This document shows, piece by piece, positions 24,658 through 38,588 of a stretch of DNA of 64,000 bases. Each line of letters opens with the position of its first letter. Positions within the stretch are counted from its first letter, which is position 1. The notes under the pieces were generated by a model. The model was not told the origin of the DNA. It did not search any database and saw nothing but the letters and a program-made list of their open reading frames with translations. Source of the stretch: Octopus vulgaris (taxonomy: Eukaryota); NCBI GenBank assembly GCA_951406725.2, contig OX597816.1, forward strand, positions 127,038,001 to 127,102,000, written 5' to 3'. The translations under genes were made by a program, and so were the position numbers.

Positions 24658-26369
24658 GGCCTATATCAATGTTTGACTCAAAAATGCCATTAATTGCAAG
24701 TTTCATCCTTAGTTTTATGGCTGAGGTGTTAGCAGTAAGGACAGCATCCAGCTGTAAAAGTATATATACAATAGAAAACAAATCTATTCACATTTAAATT
24801 GGAATATGGTTGTAGAACGGGAGAAATATTAATTTTATTTAATATTTGTTGGTTTGCTATTTGGTACAAAAACCCTAAAATTATAATTCCACATTTCAGT
24901 TTACAAAGATAATAGTTGACATTTTAATATCAAAATATTAACCACTCCTGCAAATTATCATTTCTTGTTAAAGTCATGAATTATATTATTAAATTTTAAT
25001 TATATTTTAATGTTTGATTATAATGGTTCCGTTTGTTGTATACAATAAAGCAAATTTGAAATAGTGATTATTAAAATTCATTTTTAGAATTGTATTTCTG
25101 TTACCATGGCATTAAGCTGCTTCTAAGAAATCAATATTTTTATTATGCTTCATATGTCATTTTTCATGCTAACAAACATGATCACTGCAATCTTGTTACA
25201 TGATATAACATTAATAATAATTTTCAAGATTGAGTTAAATCATAAAGATGTCTTCACTATAGATATAGCAATACAAAATTCACTATGGGACTCTGAAACA
25301 ATTTGCCTTACCACATACTTGGTTAAAATTAATATTATATCTCATGGTAGGCAGAATGAATCGAAAAAAAAAAGTATTTCAATAACAGAAGAAATATTCT
25401 CCTTTTTATAAAATAGCTGGTAACTTTTCTTAATACTGAACAATATTGTTTAATTATTGCTCTCAATTTTCCCACCTTTTTACCCAATCTCTATTATTTG
25501 AAATAGATGTTTTAAAAAAGTTCTGAAATATATTTTATACTCATTATCAATATAGATTTTTGAATTTGGCATAAATCCACAAATTTTAAGTTCGTTGAAT
25601 CTGCTATTTGATTGGTATTCATTTTATTGATCCAGGTAGTATGAATGGCAAAATCTAACTTGGCATGAATTAAACTCAGAATTTAAGTTGATGCAAATAA
25701 AGTAGCTAAACACCTACACTGTTATATAATACCAACCCACCACCCTTTCTTATCGATAATGTTTATTTCTAGCTTAGGTATAATGCATGGGAAGATACAG
25801 TCACTTGCATCAACTACAGTACTTGACTAATACTTAGCTTATCTAACTTAGAAAGATAAAAGACAAGTCAACCAGGTAAAATTTGAAATCAAACTATAAA
25901 AGGTATGCAACAAAATTTCACAAGGCATTTTGCCCATCACAACAAAGTTATTACAAACAGACATTAAAATATAGTTGTTATTCTATAATTCATAATCTTA
26001 ATGGAAAATGATAACTTACAAGAGTGGTTAAATTTTTCCTATACACTACTCTTATCAGTAATATTGATAACCAACTATTGAATACAAATATTTTATTATG
26101 TAGTTTATCAACAGTGTATTAATAAGGAAAGTTAATTTAATTATTCATTTTCATAAGTCATTACTTTGCATGGAGTAGTTGGCATGCCTCATAGATAATG
26201 GAGTATAAGAGTATTTTAAAATATCAATAATAATAATATCATCAGGGGAAATAATTCTTCTACTCTTTTAATCCAAAATGGATGCTATAGAACCGCCCAA
26301 CCCAGCAAAACTAATATCTAAAGGGGTTGTATGTGTGTGCATGTGTGCATACACACACACATATGCACA

Positions 26370-27330
26370 ACTGGGCCCTTTGCCCAACTTCCTTCTCAAG
26401 ATGCCCTCATTATTATCTTTCTAGCTGCAGATTTTCCTTGATAACACTAATCTTACTCACTATCCAGAACGATCTTGCTTAATATTCATTCCTCACCTTT
26501 ATTCTGTCTTCTCCACCCACATTTTATATTGATCACTTCCATGAACCACAATACATTTCTCAGCCTTCCTGTACACCATGTCTGCCTCTCTCTCTCTCTC
26601 CCCACACAACCTGGCCAACTTCATGCCATCTTTCTCTCTCTCTCATCTATCCCATGTCTACTGTATCTTCATCACTATTCTGCTGCTCCACAGGCTCATG
26701 CAGCATTAGTCATCTCTTTGATCCTTATTCACCAGTCACTACATTCACTCCTTAACACTACTCAGTCACTACAGTTGTCACCTATTCTTCTCTAGATCCT
26801 CTACTTATCATTCCTCAGCACTTGTAATTTATTCATTATAACCAACCCATCATTCATTCCTGATCTCTCTCTAACCTTTACTCACATGCAGTCTTGGTTC
26901 TTCTGTCCCACTCACTTTTACTCACATCATACCTTGAAGGTCCACCCAGATACCTCATTACCACTATTCTATCTTTTCCCTGCTCCACATGATCTCCTCC
27001 AAGTCTCTCTTCTAAAATATGTATTGCCATTTAATGCCTCTACCACAAGAAAACCTTTTCTGCTTTAAACCCTTCTTCCATACTTTCACCCTTCATCTCC
27101 TTGCATAAAACCACTTCTTTTGGGATTCATAGTCATGTAAACTGCATGGCAGCTAGTTGTACTGGTGGCATGGAAAACCATCCAGTATAAAATGGTTGGC
27201 ATTTGGAAATATAGCCATAAAAAGCATGTCAAAGTAGACAGTGGAGCATGATACAGTTTTTGGAGACGTTGGATCCTGTCAAAATGTCCTGCCCATGGCT
27301 GTTAAATAATGACAATGATGATATATCATT
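26370..27330 (+). mobile_element. Old LINE remnant (pyrimidine-skewed body plus degenerate RTE-type tail)
   Basis: Mirror image of 43794-44790. Ends GGTTGGCATT...CCCATGGCTGTTAAATAATGACAATGATGAT. Confidence 0.45.
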
Positions 27331-28028
27331 ATAAAAGCATTGATCCTACCAAACTGAAAGTAACTCATATAACATGTAGACAATGTAAGCATTGTTTTCT
27401 TCTTATATCAGTTCCTTGCCACCTCTGCTTGACGTTTCAAGGATAGCTTTCTCTTGATCATTTGTGAGTGAGACTGGTCACCCTACTCCTAGGATTTGAA
27501 CTCAAAAAAGTGATACACTAAGATAAATATTCATGCTATTTTTATGAAATAAATAACCAGGAGTCAAGAATTGCTTCAGATATTCGTCAAGATAGGAGAT
27601 AAAAGACAAATCCAAAAATAATGGATTGAAGGAGGAAGAGAAGGAGGAGAAGAAAGAGGAGAAGGGAGGACAAGAAAGAAGATAAGAAAGCGGAGGTGGA
27701 AGTGGTGGTGATGGAGGGAAGAAGGGAAAGAATTATAACAATAACAGTGACGGCTATGACAATGGTAATGATGATGATGATGATGATGATAATAAAATCT
27801 ATAACAATGGCCATGGTGATGTTACATTTGACTCACTCTATTCCACAGCTTACATTAATCAGCTCAAACAGCATTTAAAAATCATTATTACCTGTTAGAA
27901 AAAACTTACCAAAGAATATAAGGCTGTTAGATATTATTTTTAGACGTTTCCAATATGCTACAGCCTTTTCTATTTCACTCTCTGTCTCCCCTCAATCACA
28001 TGCACATATACTCTGTCACCCCTCCCTT

Positions 28029-28059
<31 letters not shown>

Positions 28060-28675
28060 TTTCTCTTCATGTTGAGAATCAGCTATGCTTATGTGTGCAT
28101 TCAAAACTATTAGAAAAAATATACAAACAAAAGAACTGTATTATTCAGTCATGTGACAATCACAATTTCTGAAAAACAAAATTAGAAAGAAAGAATGAAA
28201 CAGGAAAATCAATAACAGCAGCCACATTTGCTTAAAACACTGATTTAGTAATAGCAGTATATTCTACCCCTTGATATTCTGACAATTGAAAAGTCCATTT
28301 TTCTTAACATTACTACAAGAAGAGAAAAATGCTGGTAGGAATTTGCCTGTGTTTACACCAGTTTACTAGGGATTGGGATAATACTAAATTGCCATCATAA
28401 GCAAAAGCATTCGCTCCTATGATAAAAAAGGCTATCAAAATTTAAACCAAATCACTTTTGTAATTGCAATGTTCTTCTTTAACGGAAAATAACATAAAAA
28501 TGAAAGAACACACCAAAGCACTGAGTGAGAATCAATAAAATTGAAGTTAAAAGCAAAACATTTAAAATAGGTTAAATTAAAATATATCTATTAAACTAAA
28601 CCAACATAAGGAAAATGGGTCCATTATGTGTGGCAGCCAGTAATAAAATATATATATGTGTATAGATGACTTTAA

Positions 28676-28861
28676 CCCTTTAAGAATTTGTGTCATTAAC
28701 AAGTGATTTAGTGGAATGAAGTAAAGTCATAGAAGTTGTCAATAAACTAATTTGATTATCATACAATTATTTAAAAATTCAATATTAGAATATTATTAAT
28801 TTTGGCTTTTTCTTTGTAAACAGAGTGATATGCTTGAAAATTAATTAATATATGTAAAGGG
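28676..28861. mobile_element. piggyBac-like MITE
   Basis: TTAA-CCCTTTA ... TAAAGGG-TTAA (TTAA at 28672-28675 and 28862-28865). Confidence 0.7.
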
Positions 28862-28910
28862 TTAAGCTTGTTATTAGTTAAAGCAAATGGACACTTGGCA
28901 ACTGTATATT

Positions 28911-29126
28911 CTTTTACTTGTTTCAGTTATTTGACTGTGGCCATGCTAGAGCACCACCTTTACTTGAACAAATCAACCTCAGCCAAGTACTTATTCTATC
29001 AATCTCTTTTGCCAAACTGCTAAGTAATGGGTACATAAACACACCAACATCAGTTGTCAAGTGATGGCATGGGAACAAACACAGACACACAAATACATAC
29101 ATACTTACATACATACATACATACAT

Positions 29127-29163
<37 letters not shown>

Positions 29164-29291
29164 CAGTTTCTGTCTACCAAATCCACTGACAATGCCTTTG
29201 GTTGGCCCAAGACTATAGAAGAAGACACTTGCCCAAGGTGCCATGCACCGAGACTGAACCCAGAACCATGTGGTTGAGAAGCAAGCTTCTT
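28911..29291 (-). mobile_element. SINE family A (extreme 5' end missing)
   Basis: Reverse complement of 40819-41218 with an internal (ATAC)n(TA)n. Confidence 0.85.
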
Positions 29292-29720
29292 TATTTCTTC
29301 GAATTGACCATGAAGGCCGAACACAGATAAAGGTAGCTGTGGGCTGGACAGAGACATTAATGTGGATGAAAATGACAAGGATTTAAAAAAAGGAGGTGGG
29401 GCACTGGCGCCCATCGACTGATAACCCCTCGAAATCACTGTTCAATTTAAATCAATATAAATCAAAATTATAATCACAAAAATTCAAAAATTACAATTAC
29501 AAATTACAAAAGTACATTTTTCATTATTCTTCGTCTTCCTCATCCAGGCCCCCGAGTAAATTTCCTGCCACCTGCAGGAAAGCCTGCATTGGCAGGCCCG
29601 GAATGAGGAAAACAAAATCCTCTTTATTACAGATCTTCCTGACCTCAATCAGTTCCTTCTGATTTATGACCTCCTCAGTCAACTGCGGAGGCCAACTTGG
29701 ACAGTCTATACAGACCGAGT
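29292..29720 (-). mobile_element. ORF C-terminus and 3' UTR of an unidentified retroelement or retrocopy
   Basis: Open frame SVCIDCPSWPPQLTEEVINQKELIEVRKICNKEDFVFLIPGLPMQAFLQVAGNLLGGLDEEDEE** followed by a U-rich UTR ending GAAGAAATAAAGAA. Confidence 0.45.
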
Positions 29721-30884
29721 CTTATCTAGAATTTTAAAGATAAAGTTGATTTAGTATTGTACTTTCTTACTATCTTCTTGTACTTTCAAATTCATTAGTT
29801 GTAGAATAGTCTGTCATAGGCCACCCAGTTCTTTGCTTTCGTACTTCATATCAGTTCTATTAAAATATATTTTTCCAGCAACTATTCTATTGAATCAGTC
29901 CTGAGATCTTCAATATCTTGAGTGTGATGATGTGTAATGTCATATCTGAAAGAGTATTATGAACTCAATAACCCTCATTGCATATTCAAGATATTGCCAA
30001 GGATTCTTTTTGAATCCTTTGTAATATCTTGTGAGTATTTGTTGAAAATAACTGAATTAGATTTACTTAAAACTTCATTATCGTTGATTCCATGAAATCT
30101 GCATGACTTTGCAGAAATGCTTAATTTGTATAATAAATATAGTGGCAACATAATCAACTCTTCTACTCTTTCTTCCTCTTTCATTTTCTTTCTCTTTCTA
30201 CAAAAGAAAGAGTAGCGAAAAAAGAAATGGAAATTTACTGAGCAGGCATAATGTTGATTTACTAAAACAAGATTTTAGTATCCATTAGTTTGAATAACTT
30301 CTATGTGAAGCTTATGGACTTTTTATACACTGTCTAACTTCAAAATAATAGCTATCACTCCCACTTCAGTTGAACAGCAAAATTAGATTCTCTAAGCAAG
30401 TTATAGCAAACTTAGTCTTCTATATCTTGAATCAGAGGACTAGTGGTAAAGTTTAGAAAGACAAATGAGTGTAGTACAAGTAAATTTCACTGAGCAAAAC
30501 AAGAATAAAATGTGGTCTGTTATATTATTATGTGAAAGAGAAATAGCGAAAATTTCAGGTAAATTCCTTTCTAAGAAAACAAAAAAATAAAAAAAAACAT
30601 TCCTTAGTAAGACAGATGCATGGCATTCAGAGATACAAGAATTATATATCTATGAATGCTGTGTGTGTATATATCTGTATCCATCCATCCATCCATCCAT
30701 TTGTCCTTTAATTGCAGTCATGCTGGGAATCATCTTAGAGGGATTTAGCTAAATGTATTAATGCAGTACTTAAACCACTACACATACATACATGCTTACA
30801 AACTTACACACATACACACACACGCATGCATGCACAGACAGACAGACAGACTGATTGATTGATTGATTTTGTATGTATATTACT

Positions 30885-31400
30885 ATTCAGTTTTATTTCA
30901 GAATTTTATGTCAATAGAGACAGAGCTGGTTTCTAGCCTAGATCCTAGGCTTCTTCATTTGAATTTCAAGCTAGAGGTTTTGAAGTAGATGTTCATAGTT
31001 ATTCTCTTTCTCTTAAATTTTTCATAGAGGTTTTTATATCAACAGGACAGCTGACCTCTATGACAGCACACCCTTTCACTTTTCCTTGTCTGTTTCAAAC
31101 AGCAATATCTGGCCAGTTATGTTTACATTTGACAGATGTTCTCTATATTTATTCAAGGACAGCATTTGTTTTTTTTTCCGAATGGCATTGTATATTGTTT
31201 TTGCAACAATGTTGTGTTGCATCAGGAAGTGGTACCTTAATGACGTTTTGGGGCATGTGCTAATCACATGTGTGATTCTTCCATAGAAATATGACATAGG
31301 CTACACTTTTGGTTGCAGCTTGAAGTTCCAAGGACTTCACTGTCTCTTTTGTTTATTAGGTATTTTGTAGCAATCTCCTGTTCTTGTATGTTAAACGGAT
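30885..31400 (-). mobile_element. Degenerate 3' end of an R4/Dong-type RLE retrotransposon
   Basis: KCSLC...THVISTCPKTSLRYHFLMQHNIVAKTIY (CCHC finger, RHD-like) and HNWPDIAV. The terminus ATTCAGTTTTATTT resembles the 3' end at 45025-45042. Confidence 0.65.
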
Positions 31401-31539
31401 AACCTTTGTGTGTATGTACCTATGTACATAGATATGTCGGTAGTACATGTGTATGTACATACATATGTATGTGCATACATATATACATACTGGTATTACA
31501 TACTGCAAAACATATAATTTTAGGAATTGCACTATGTGT

Positions 31540-31775
31540 ATTTATGTGTGTGTCTTTGTGTTTGTACCCCCACCCCCATCACTTCACAACCAATATTGGT
31601 GTATTTATTTCCCCATAACGTAGCAGTTTGACAAAAAAAAAAAAAACAGAATAAGTACTAGGTTTACAAAGAATAAGTCCTGTGATCGATTTGTTAGACT
31701 AAAACCCCTTAAGGTGATGCTCCAGCATGGCCATTGTCAAATGACTGAAACAAGTACAACAATAAAAGGATAAAA
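31540..31775 (+). mobile_element. SINE family A, 3' half
   Basis: AGAATAAGTACTAGGTTTACAAAGAATAAGTCCTG...GCTCCAGCATGGCC...ACTGAAACAAGTA. Confidence 0.8.
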
Positions 31776-34526
31776 ACATTTAAAATTTCCATTTGCTAAG
31801 TTTCATCATTTTAGAATTTCCAACCTGTCCAACTTTTGCTAACTATTGCTGACTTTCTACACTTCAAATGTAATAATATTAATCATTTTAACCTCAGTCA
31901 TCTTTTTCTCTTGAGGGAAATGCAGACTTCTTATAAATATATAACTTCCTCTCGAGATCACAACAACATAACAACACAAATAAATTAATGCATTAACTTT
32001 CAAAAGAAATTATCAAAGATAAATATCTTACAAATCCAATTTACTAGCAGAATAGTGTTATAATATGTAAAGTCTTTGAGAAGATAGGCGTCTGATACAG
32101 CTGATTAATGATGTGTGAAATTTTACAATAGAAGGTTTATTATACAAATGTGAACTAGTGTAATAGATCAATGAAACCATCAAATTACTTCTGTGCCAGT
32201 TGTGTATTGTGAAATGAGTCAATGCTTGGTTTGTTGACATAGGTTGTTTCAATACTGTCAACAGCAGGAAATAAAACAAATAAAAAAAGATAATCAGAAA
32301 TGTACTTGCTTTCTATTATTTTAGAATTTCACCTTTGAAGTGATCTGTGATAAAGTCCATTACGCTTTTTGAACATAGCTAAACAATATTTTTCCTGTAC
32401 AAATCCTGTACAAATATAGAAAGAATTATCAAATTTGAATCCTCCATACATCTGGTGAGAGGTACTAGACTTTCAATAGCTATAATCTTTATTTTCCACA
32501 TGTTAAAAGCTTTTATCAGTGAACACATAATTTTTAAAATAGATTTTGAAAAGTATTTAAAATATGTATAAACATAAACTGAGCAATTTCAAGTGTAAAT
32601 GTATTATGGGAAAATGTTTTCTGCTAGTCTTTGGTCATCAAAAGCCTATAAGTAAAATTTAGTAGACAGAGACTGTGGGGAAGACTTGGAAAAAATAATT
32701 TTTTTTGATAGATTTAATCTACCACTTGGTTTAACATAGCTATCATGCCTTGGTGGCATGCTTTTAGTAAAGTTATACCTGTTGTAAACTTTTGGGCCTG
32801 TTCACATTTGGGCCAGTATGAGGATAACTTCCTCCTTTCAGTCTCAGAGTCCCTTGAAAATGTCTTCAATATTGCACTTTCTCTTTGTATAAGTCATGTG
32901 AAAGAACTGAGTTACCATAGGGTCTTTTGTATGCAGATTACGTCTCGTTGTATAATTAAGTTAGGAGATTCAATAAACTATTGAAATGCTGAAATGTTTA
33001 AAAAAAAGGCTTGAGTGACTGTCATTAAAAGTGGGGATTAGTTAGTTTATTGGTTTTACAACACCAGTCAGTTGGTTCCTAACAGTAATTTGTATCTGAA
33101 ATGAATTAAATACACTGAGCTTTATTTAGGTAGTGTTAATTAAACAATTTAATTAATTAGTACTGACCACTGACTTAGTTGAAGTTTGTATTGGAAAAAT
33201 TTGAGCAAATTAAACCTTCTTCATTTGAAGGTGGTATATTTACATACAACAAATAAACAGTATGTTAGCCACTGTAATGTACATATTGAGCATACTAATA
33301 GGAAGAAATACATTGTGAGCTGTTACATATGCATTATGTGGATCTAAAAGACATAGTGCTGTATGAACAGCCAGGTATTAAGAATATGAATGTGTATGTG
33401 TGTGTGTGAAAGAGAAAGTGGACTTGAAATAATTTAGACATATGTGGGGAAGGAATGATATATGCCAGATATCAAGTGTTGTAAGTCATTAGTTTGGGGG
33501 TTATTATAGCTTAAAGTGGCCAGAAAGACCAAGTGAAATAGTTGGAAACGGTGAAAATTATAGATACTGGAAATAAATAACACTTGTAGACATAACTAAG
33601 TTATTTTCACAAAGAAGATATTTACTTTTAGTGTTACTGTCTGATCATCTCATCTGGTAATTAAATCATTTGGCACACAGTTGCTTCAATACCAAATTTT
33701 ACAAATTTATGCTGGTTTTTACTGTTATAACTATTTTGCCTTATTATTTTCTCATAGTTAAGAATTTGATGCTCAATTATCACATCAAAGAGAGAAGTAG
33801 GTCACGTTTCAAATATTCTTCTTGAAGTGCTTTGCTTCTTGTGGGTTGCTTGTGACATTCATATTTTGATTTTATTAGATACAATCTGTAAATATCTAAT
33901 TTCACTGATTCTATAAAAGTTTCATAAAAACTAACAAATACAATATTTTCCTCGCAGTTTATGTATTTATGCATTGCAATATTTTCCTCCATTAGAATTA
34001 TTTATGATTTTTAAACTGCTATACTTTATAAAATGTTGATCATCTAATTGTGCTCAAATGCAATAAACAAGTTTAATTTGCACAGACTGTTTTTCATGAA
34101 TTATGCATACATGGTCTTACAAGGATTCTTATTGGAGGAAATTGAGTATCCAATTCAATTAAAATATGGGAATTCCAGTTTATATTCAATTTTACTTTTG
34201 AACTATTGAATCTTTCCTGAAATGTAAAATAAAACCATAATATAACAAAATTTATATGTATGCTCCCCAGGTTTCTCAAATTTAATTTACTAAAATTGTG
34301 CAATTTCGAAACAAACAGAACTAATATGTTTAACTTAGATATTTGAATTCAACTTTGTATCAAAAATAGGCAATAGTTATGCCCTTCAATTATAATTAAA
34401 TCCTCAAGATTTTGTCAAAAATTTCAGAGTGACTTTCAATTTTGCAGAAGTGATGATAAAATTCAACAGAAAGTAGAGATATTTGTTTAACCCCCAAAAT
34501 AGTGTTTTTTAAGGTGTTCTTATACT

Positions 34527-34737
34527 TTTCTACTCTAGGCACAAGGCCTGAAATTTTTGGGGAAGGGTCCAGTCGATTAGATCGACTTCAGTACGCAACT
34601 GGTATTTAATTTATTGACCCTGAAAGGATGAAAGGCAAAGTTGACATCAGCAGAATTTAAACTCAGAACATAAAGACTGACGAAATACTGCTAAGCATTT
34701 CACCTGGTGTGCTAAAAATTCTGCAGCTGCTACCTTA
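34527..34737 (-). mobile_element. SINE family B, full length with 13-bp TSD
   Basis: GTGTTCTTATACT at 34514-34526 and 34740-34752. Minus strand carries a tRNA-like head and a GAGTTTAAATT B box. Confidence 0.85.
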
Positions 34738-35367
34738 AAGTGTTCTTATACTAAAACAGCTTCGGGATAGGTTTATCTTTTCTTCATATAAAGTAGAAAT
34801 TGTGTGTGAAAAACATTTCTTCATTGTTTTTCTTTTCAATCAGATGGCTCAGTGCTTTATGTTATTTATATATTCAATAGTGTATATTTCATATTTTTCT
34901 ATCTCTGTAAGGCAGCATATTTCTGCATGTTGTGCTTCATCAGTGTAAAGCAAAAGTATAATAGATAATGAATTAATTATGGTACATTGAAGTAATTGTC
35001 TTCATTTTAAAACAGAGAAAGAACGATAAAATAAAAGAGAGAGAAAAAACATACATGCAATCTTAAGTATCAGGTAATGAGCAATAAGGTATAGTTTTAT
35101 AGATATAATGGGAAAGAGAAACAGAAAGAACACGAGGGGAATAGTTTTTGATGTACTCAACTCATTTTTCCTTTCATCTGCAGGGGCCAGAGGATTCAGC
35201 AATATTCTTCACACTGTTTTCATTAATGAACTGACTGACACTTTTGATATATTTCAAAAGTTATAAAATGACTCAGTCCCAGTTGTATAAGAAAATATTT
35301 CAATTTAGAAAAATTGTAGATTTTTTTTTCTTTTTCTTCACTTTTAATAGTTAAAATATATTAAGCA

Positions 35368-35452
35368 TTACATACATACGTATGTACATACATACGTATG
35401 TACATACATACATACATACATACATACATACATACATACATACATACATACA
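35368..35452. repeat. (ATAC)n microsatellite
   Basis: Direct inspection. Confidence 0.95.
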
Positions 35453-37314
35453 ATCATATACACATACATAGATACATTCATATTGTTGGTTTCACTAGAA
35501 TATTATTAGGTTTTCATTAAAACTAAAAAAGTTAATTAGGATTGTTTTAAATCTTTTACTTTTATTCCATTTGGATCATTGAATAAACTAATCATAAGTA
35601 TGGACAACACTACATCTATTAATATGATAAGTTTATCTAATATTTCATAGGTAACAAACAAGATCTAAACAAGTTAATACATAAATTGCAAATGAATTGT
35701 TAACATTATTCTTAGAGGGCAACTTAGCTTACAATTCTTATAGTAATCACAAATTAAATTAACTAGCTTAAAAGTAACATTTTATCTGCAAAATATAGTT
35801 TTAAAAAAATGAAAGAATAAACTTTATATTTTGAAATTTGACATTGAAATATCATTTAAATATTAAGTGTTTTCTGATTTCAGGAAGTTTTTAGTTAATA
35901 CATGCAGAATAATATAAAATACAATTATATATCATAGCGAAATAATCTGATGTGATAAGCTGATCTCTAATGCTCTATTAATTCTTTCTCATCAATAAAG
36001 CATTCATCTTTGTCAGATAAAACACTCTAGAATTCTTTGCTTTTCAAATATCTTGGAGTGTTACAACAATGAACATTCAAATAGGGATGGTTGTCATTTT
36101 ACTATTCTCCTCACAATTTTGCTGCAGAGTCTTGAATAATTTTTGTTGATGGTATTGATTTTAGAGCCTCCTTCTTTCTCACTTTATTAGTTTTTTGTTT
36201 TAATCTTTTACTCTTATGGTAGCATTTTTTAATGGTTTGACATCAAGGAATATTGAATAGAAAATTTATTGATTATTTTTTTTTGTGCATATGATTTTAT
36301 TCCAAATCAAATTTTTTTCTTCTTCAAGAACTTAATTACTAAAGCCCAGTTACTTGACATTTGGCACTTCATAACTGTTAGCATTTTTGTCCCTTTAACA
36401 GATTAAAGACCAAATTCAATCCCTTACAAAATATTTTAATGAGACCATCCCATATATTTAATTCTAAATAGCTTTAATGCACCTTGAAATCATTGGTTCA
36501 ATCAACAAAACCAATATTTTTCAGTGTCTTCATATTCTCTTTTTTTCTGTTAAAATATCCATTTCTCAGAAAATATTTTTGATTTCTGCTTTTTGGCTCA
36601 CTTTTGCTTTAAGAAACATTCAGTTTGTGCAACCTGTCTAATTGTGTTTAAATTGAAACCTTGCTTTGCTAAATTAAATATATTCAACTAAAAACAAAAA
36701 AAATGTTTCAAAAAATGAATATCACTAATTCAGTTCTTCAATTTCCTTTGTATGTAGCAGTGATTTATCAAAGAGTACAACTACCATTATGTCTTATGAA
36801 ATGTTGCTAGTTCAGGAAATTTCATATTCCTATGAAAATAAATTAGAAATATAAAAGTACACTAATTCTATCGTTTTGTTTTAAATAATTTGCCATTGAA
36901 CTGAATCTTTTATTCATAGCAAAGAGAATAGAATATGAAGGATTCACATATAATGAAAGAAACCCATGTTTAGAGTATCTGGCTGCATTGTTTCACCATT
37001 GTTTTCGAGATGAAGGTATTAGCTTTCTACTTAGTGATTACTTGGTTACAGTAATACCTTCTTTTCATTTGGGCTTTATCACTTTGAAAGGCAGTTAATG
37101 ATTTGAAAATAACTATTATATAAAGATTCTGATCTGGCTTACATAATTTGTAGTTTCTTTACTATCAGGAAACTGATAAAGATACCTATTTTATGTATTT
37201 AATGATGAAAGCTTTACACCTATTTCCATGCTTATTTTCATCATTCATATAAAAATATACATTATTTTTATTGTGAAATGTACTGTATTTTTTTTCTTAT
37301 TGCTATTAGATCCT

Positions 37315-37976
37315 ATATGGTTGGCATAGTTGTTAGAGCATCAGACAAAATGACTTGTAGCATTTTTTCCTATCTCTTAACATTCCGATTTCAAGTCTTA
37401 CTGAGGTCAAATTTACCTTTCATCCTTTCAGGGTCAGTAAAATATAAATTATAAATTAATGACTTGTAGAGACATGGTATTTTGTTATGCAACCATGATA
37501 TACTATAAAGTATATTAAACATGTTTATAAGTCAATACCATGTTCTACTGTGTTAGCAGTGCTTTTACATCACTTGTTAAGGTTATCTCTACAGATATTC
37601 TTTTTGTTAATGACATTTTGGATCTGAGATGTCAGATGTAAGCAGACAATGAGATCAAAAGGAAAAAAAGCTAATGGCTGTATATGCCATACTTCGGGAG
37701 TTTTTTGCCTCTTCATCAGCACCCATCTAACCCCTTAATCACCCACGAACACAGTGTTTTGTGAAAGATTAAGGGGTTGGATGGGTGCTAATGAAGGAGC
37801 AAAACCTCCCAAACATTGACATATACATCCATTCCTTTTTTTCATCTTTGATCTCATTGTTTGTTTACATCTGACAACTAGTAAAATAATGTACCAGTCA
37901 GGTATTGAACAGATGTTATCGACCCATCCCCACTCCTCAAATTTCTGACCTTGTATCTAAATTAGAAGCAATTATT
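37315..37976 (+). mobile_element. SINE family B split by a nested insertion
   Basis: 5' part 37315-37444 (…TTTCATCCTTTCAGGGTCAGTAAAATA) continues at 37880-37976 (AGTAAAATAATGTACCAGTC...). Confidence 0.7.
37445..37879. mobile_element. Double-hairpin fold-back insertion with 9-bp TSD and two inverted hammerhead-like relics
   Basis: AGTAAAATA at 37436-37444 and 37880-37888. Hairpin 37466-37548. Long inverted repeat 37630-37740 / 37767-37876. Confidence 0.75.
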
Positions 37977-38497
37977 ATTTCCTTCTGTCTATATGTTTAG
38001 GAAATGTGTGTGCAGAGGGGCTGCATCTGTGGTTAAATTGCAATACCAAAGATTGCCAATTTTTTCCAAATTTTAGTCAAATAACATTATTAGTGTTCTC
38101 TATGATAACCAATACAATAACCAGACATGGCTCGCAATTTCCAGATTACAATGTACATTTTCCAAATAGAAACTTCCAAATGTAAGGTCAAGTGGTGAAC
38201 CAGTGATATTAGACTATTTAAGGAGTTTAGTTGCAATTTCAGGAAATAACAGATATACCATTCTTTAATATAAGACAATGATATAATTAGATATAATATG
38301 ATATAATATGTTTTTATAGCATTTATTAATAACATATCAATGTTTTCATTGATAATAACATTAGTAATATATTTCTCATATCATAATTGGTATAAATAAA
38401 AGTGCTATGAATACTGAAGTTTGTTTACAAATGTGTGCATCACATATGCAGACATAAATAAAATAAATTTTTCCTCACATGTTTCTATTCTCTAAAT

Positions 38498-38500
<3 letters not shown>

Positions 38501-38542
<42 letters not shown>

Positions 38543-38547
38543 CTCTC

Positions 38548-38588
<41 letters not shown>
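38501..38588. repeat. Compound (CA)n(CT)n(CA)n microsatellite
   Basis: Direct inspection. Confidence 0.95.

Noticed and set aside
34905-34950. Minus-strand CTGATGA-AGCACAACATGCA-GAAA
   Set aside because: No stem III, NUH triplet or stem I complement follows. Probably chance.
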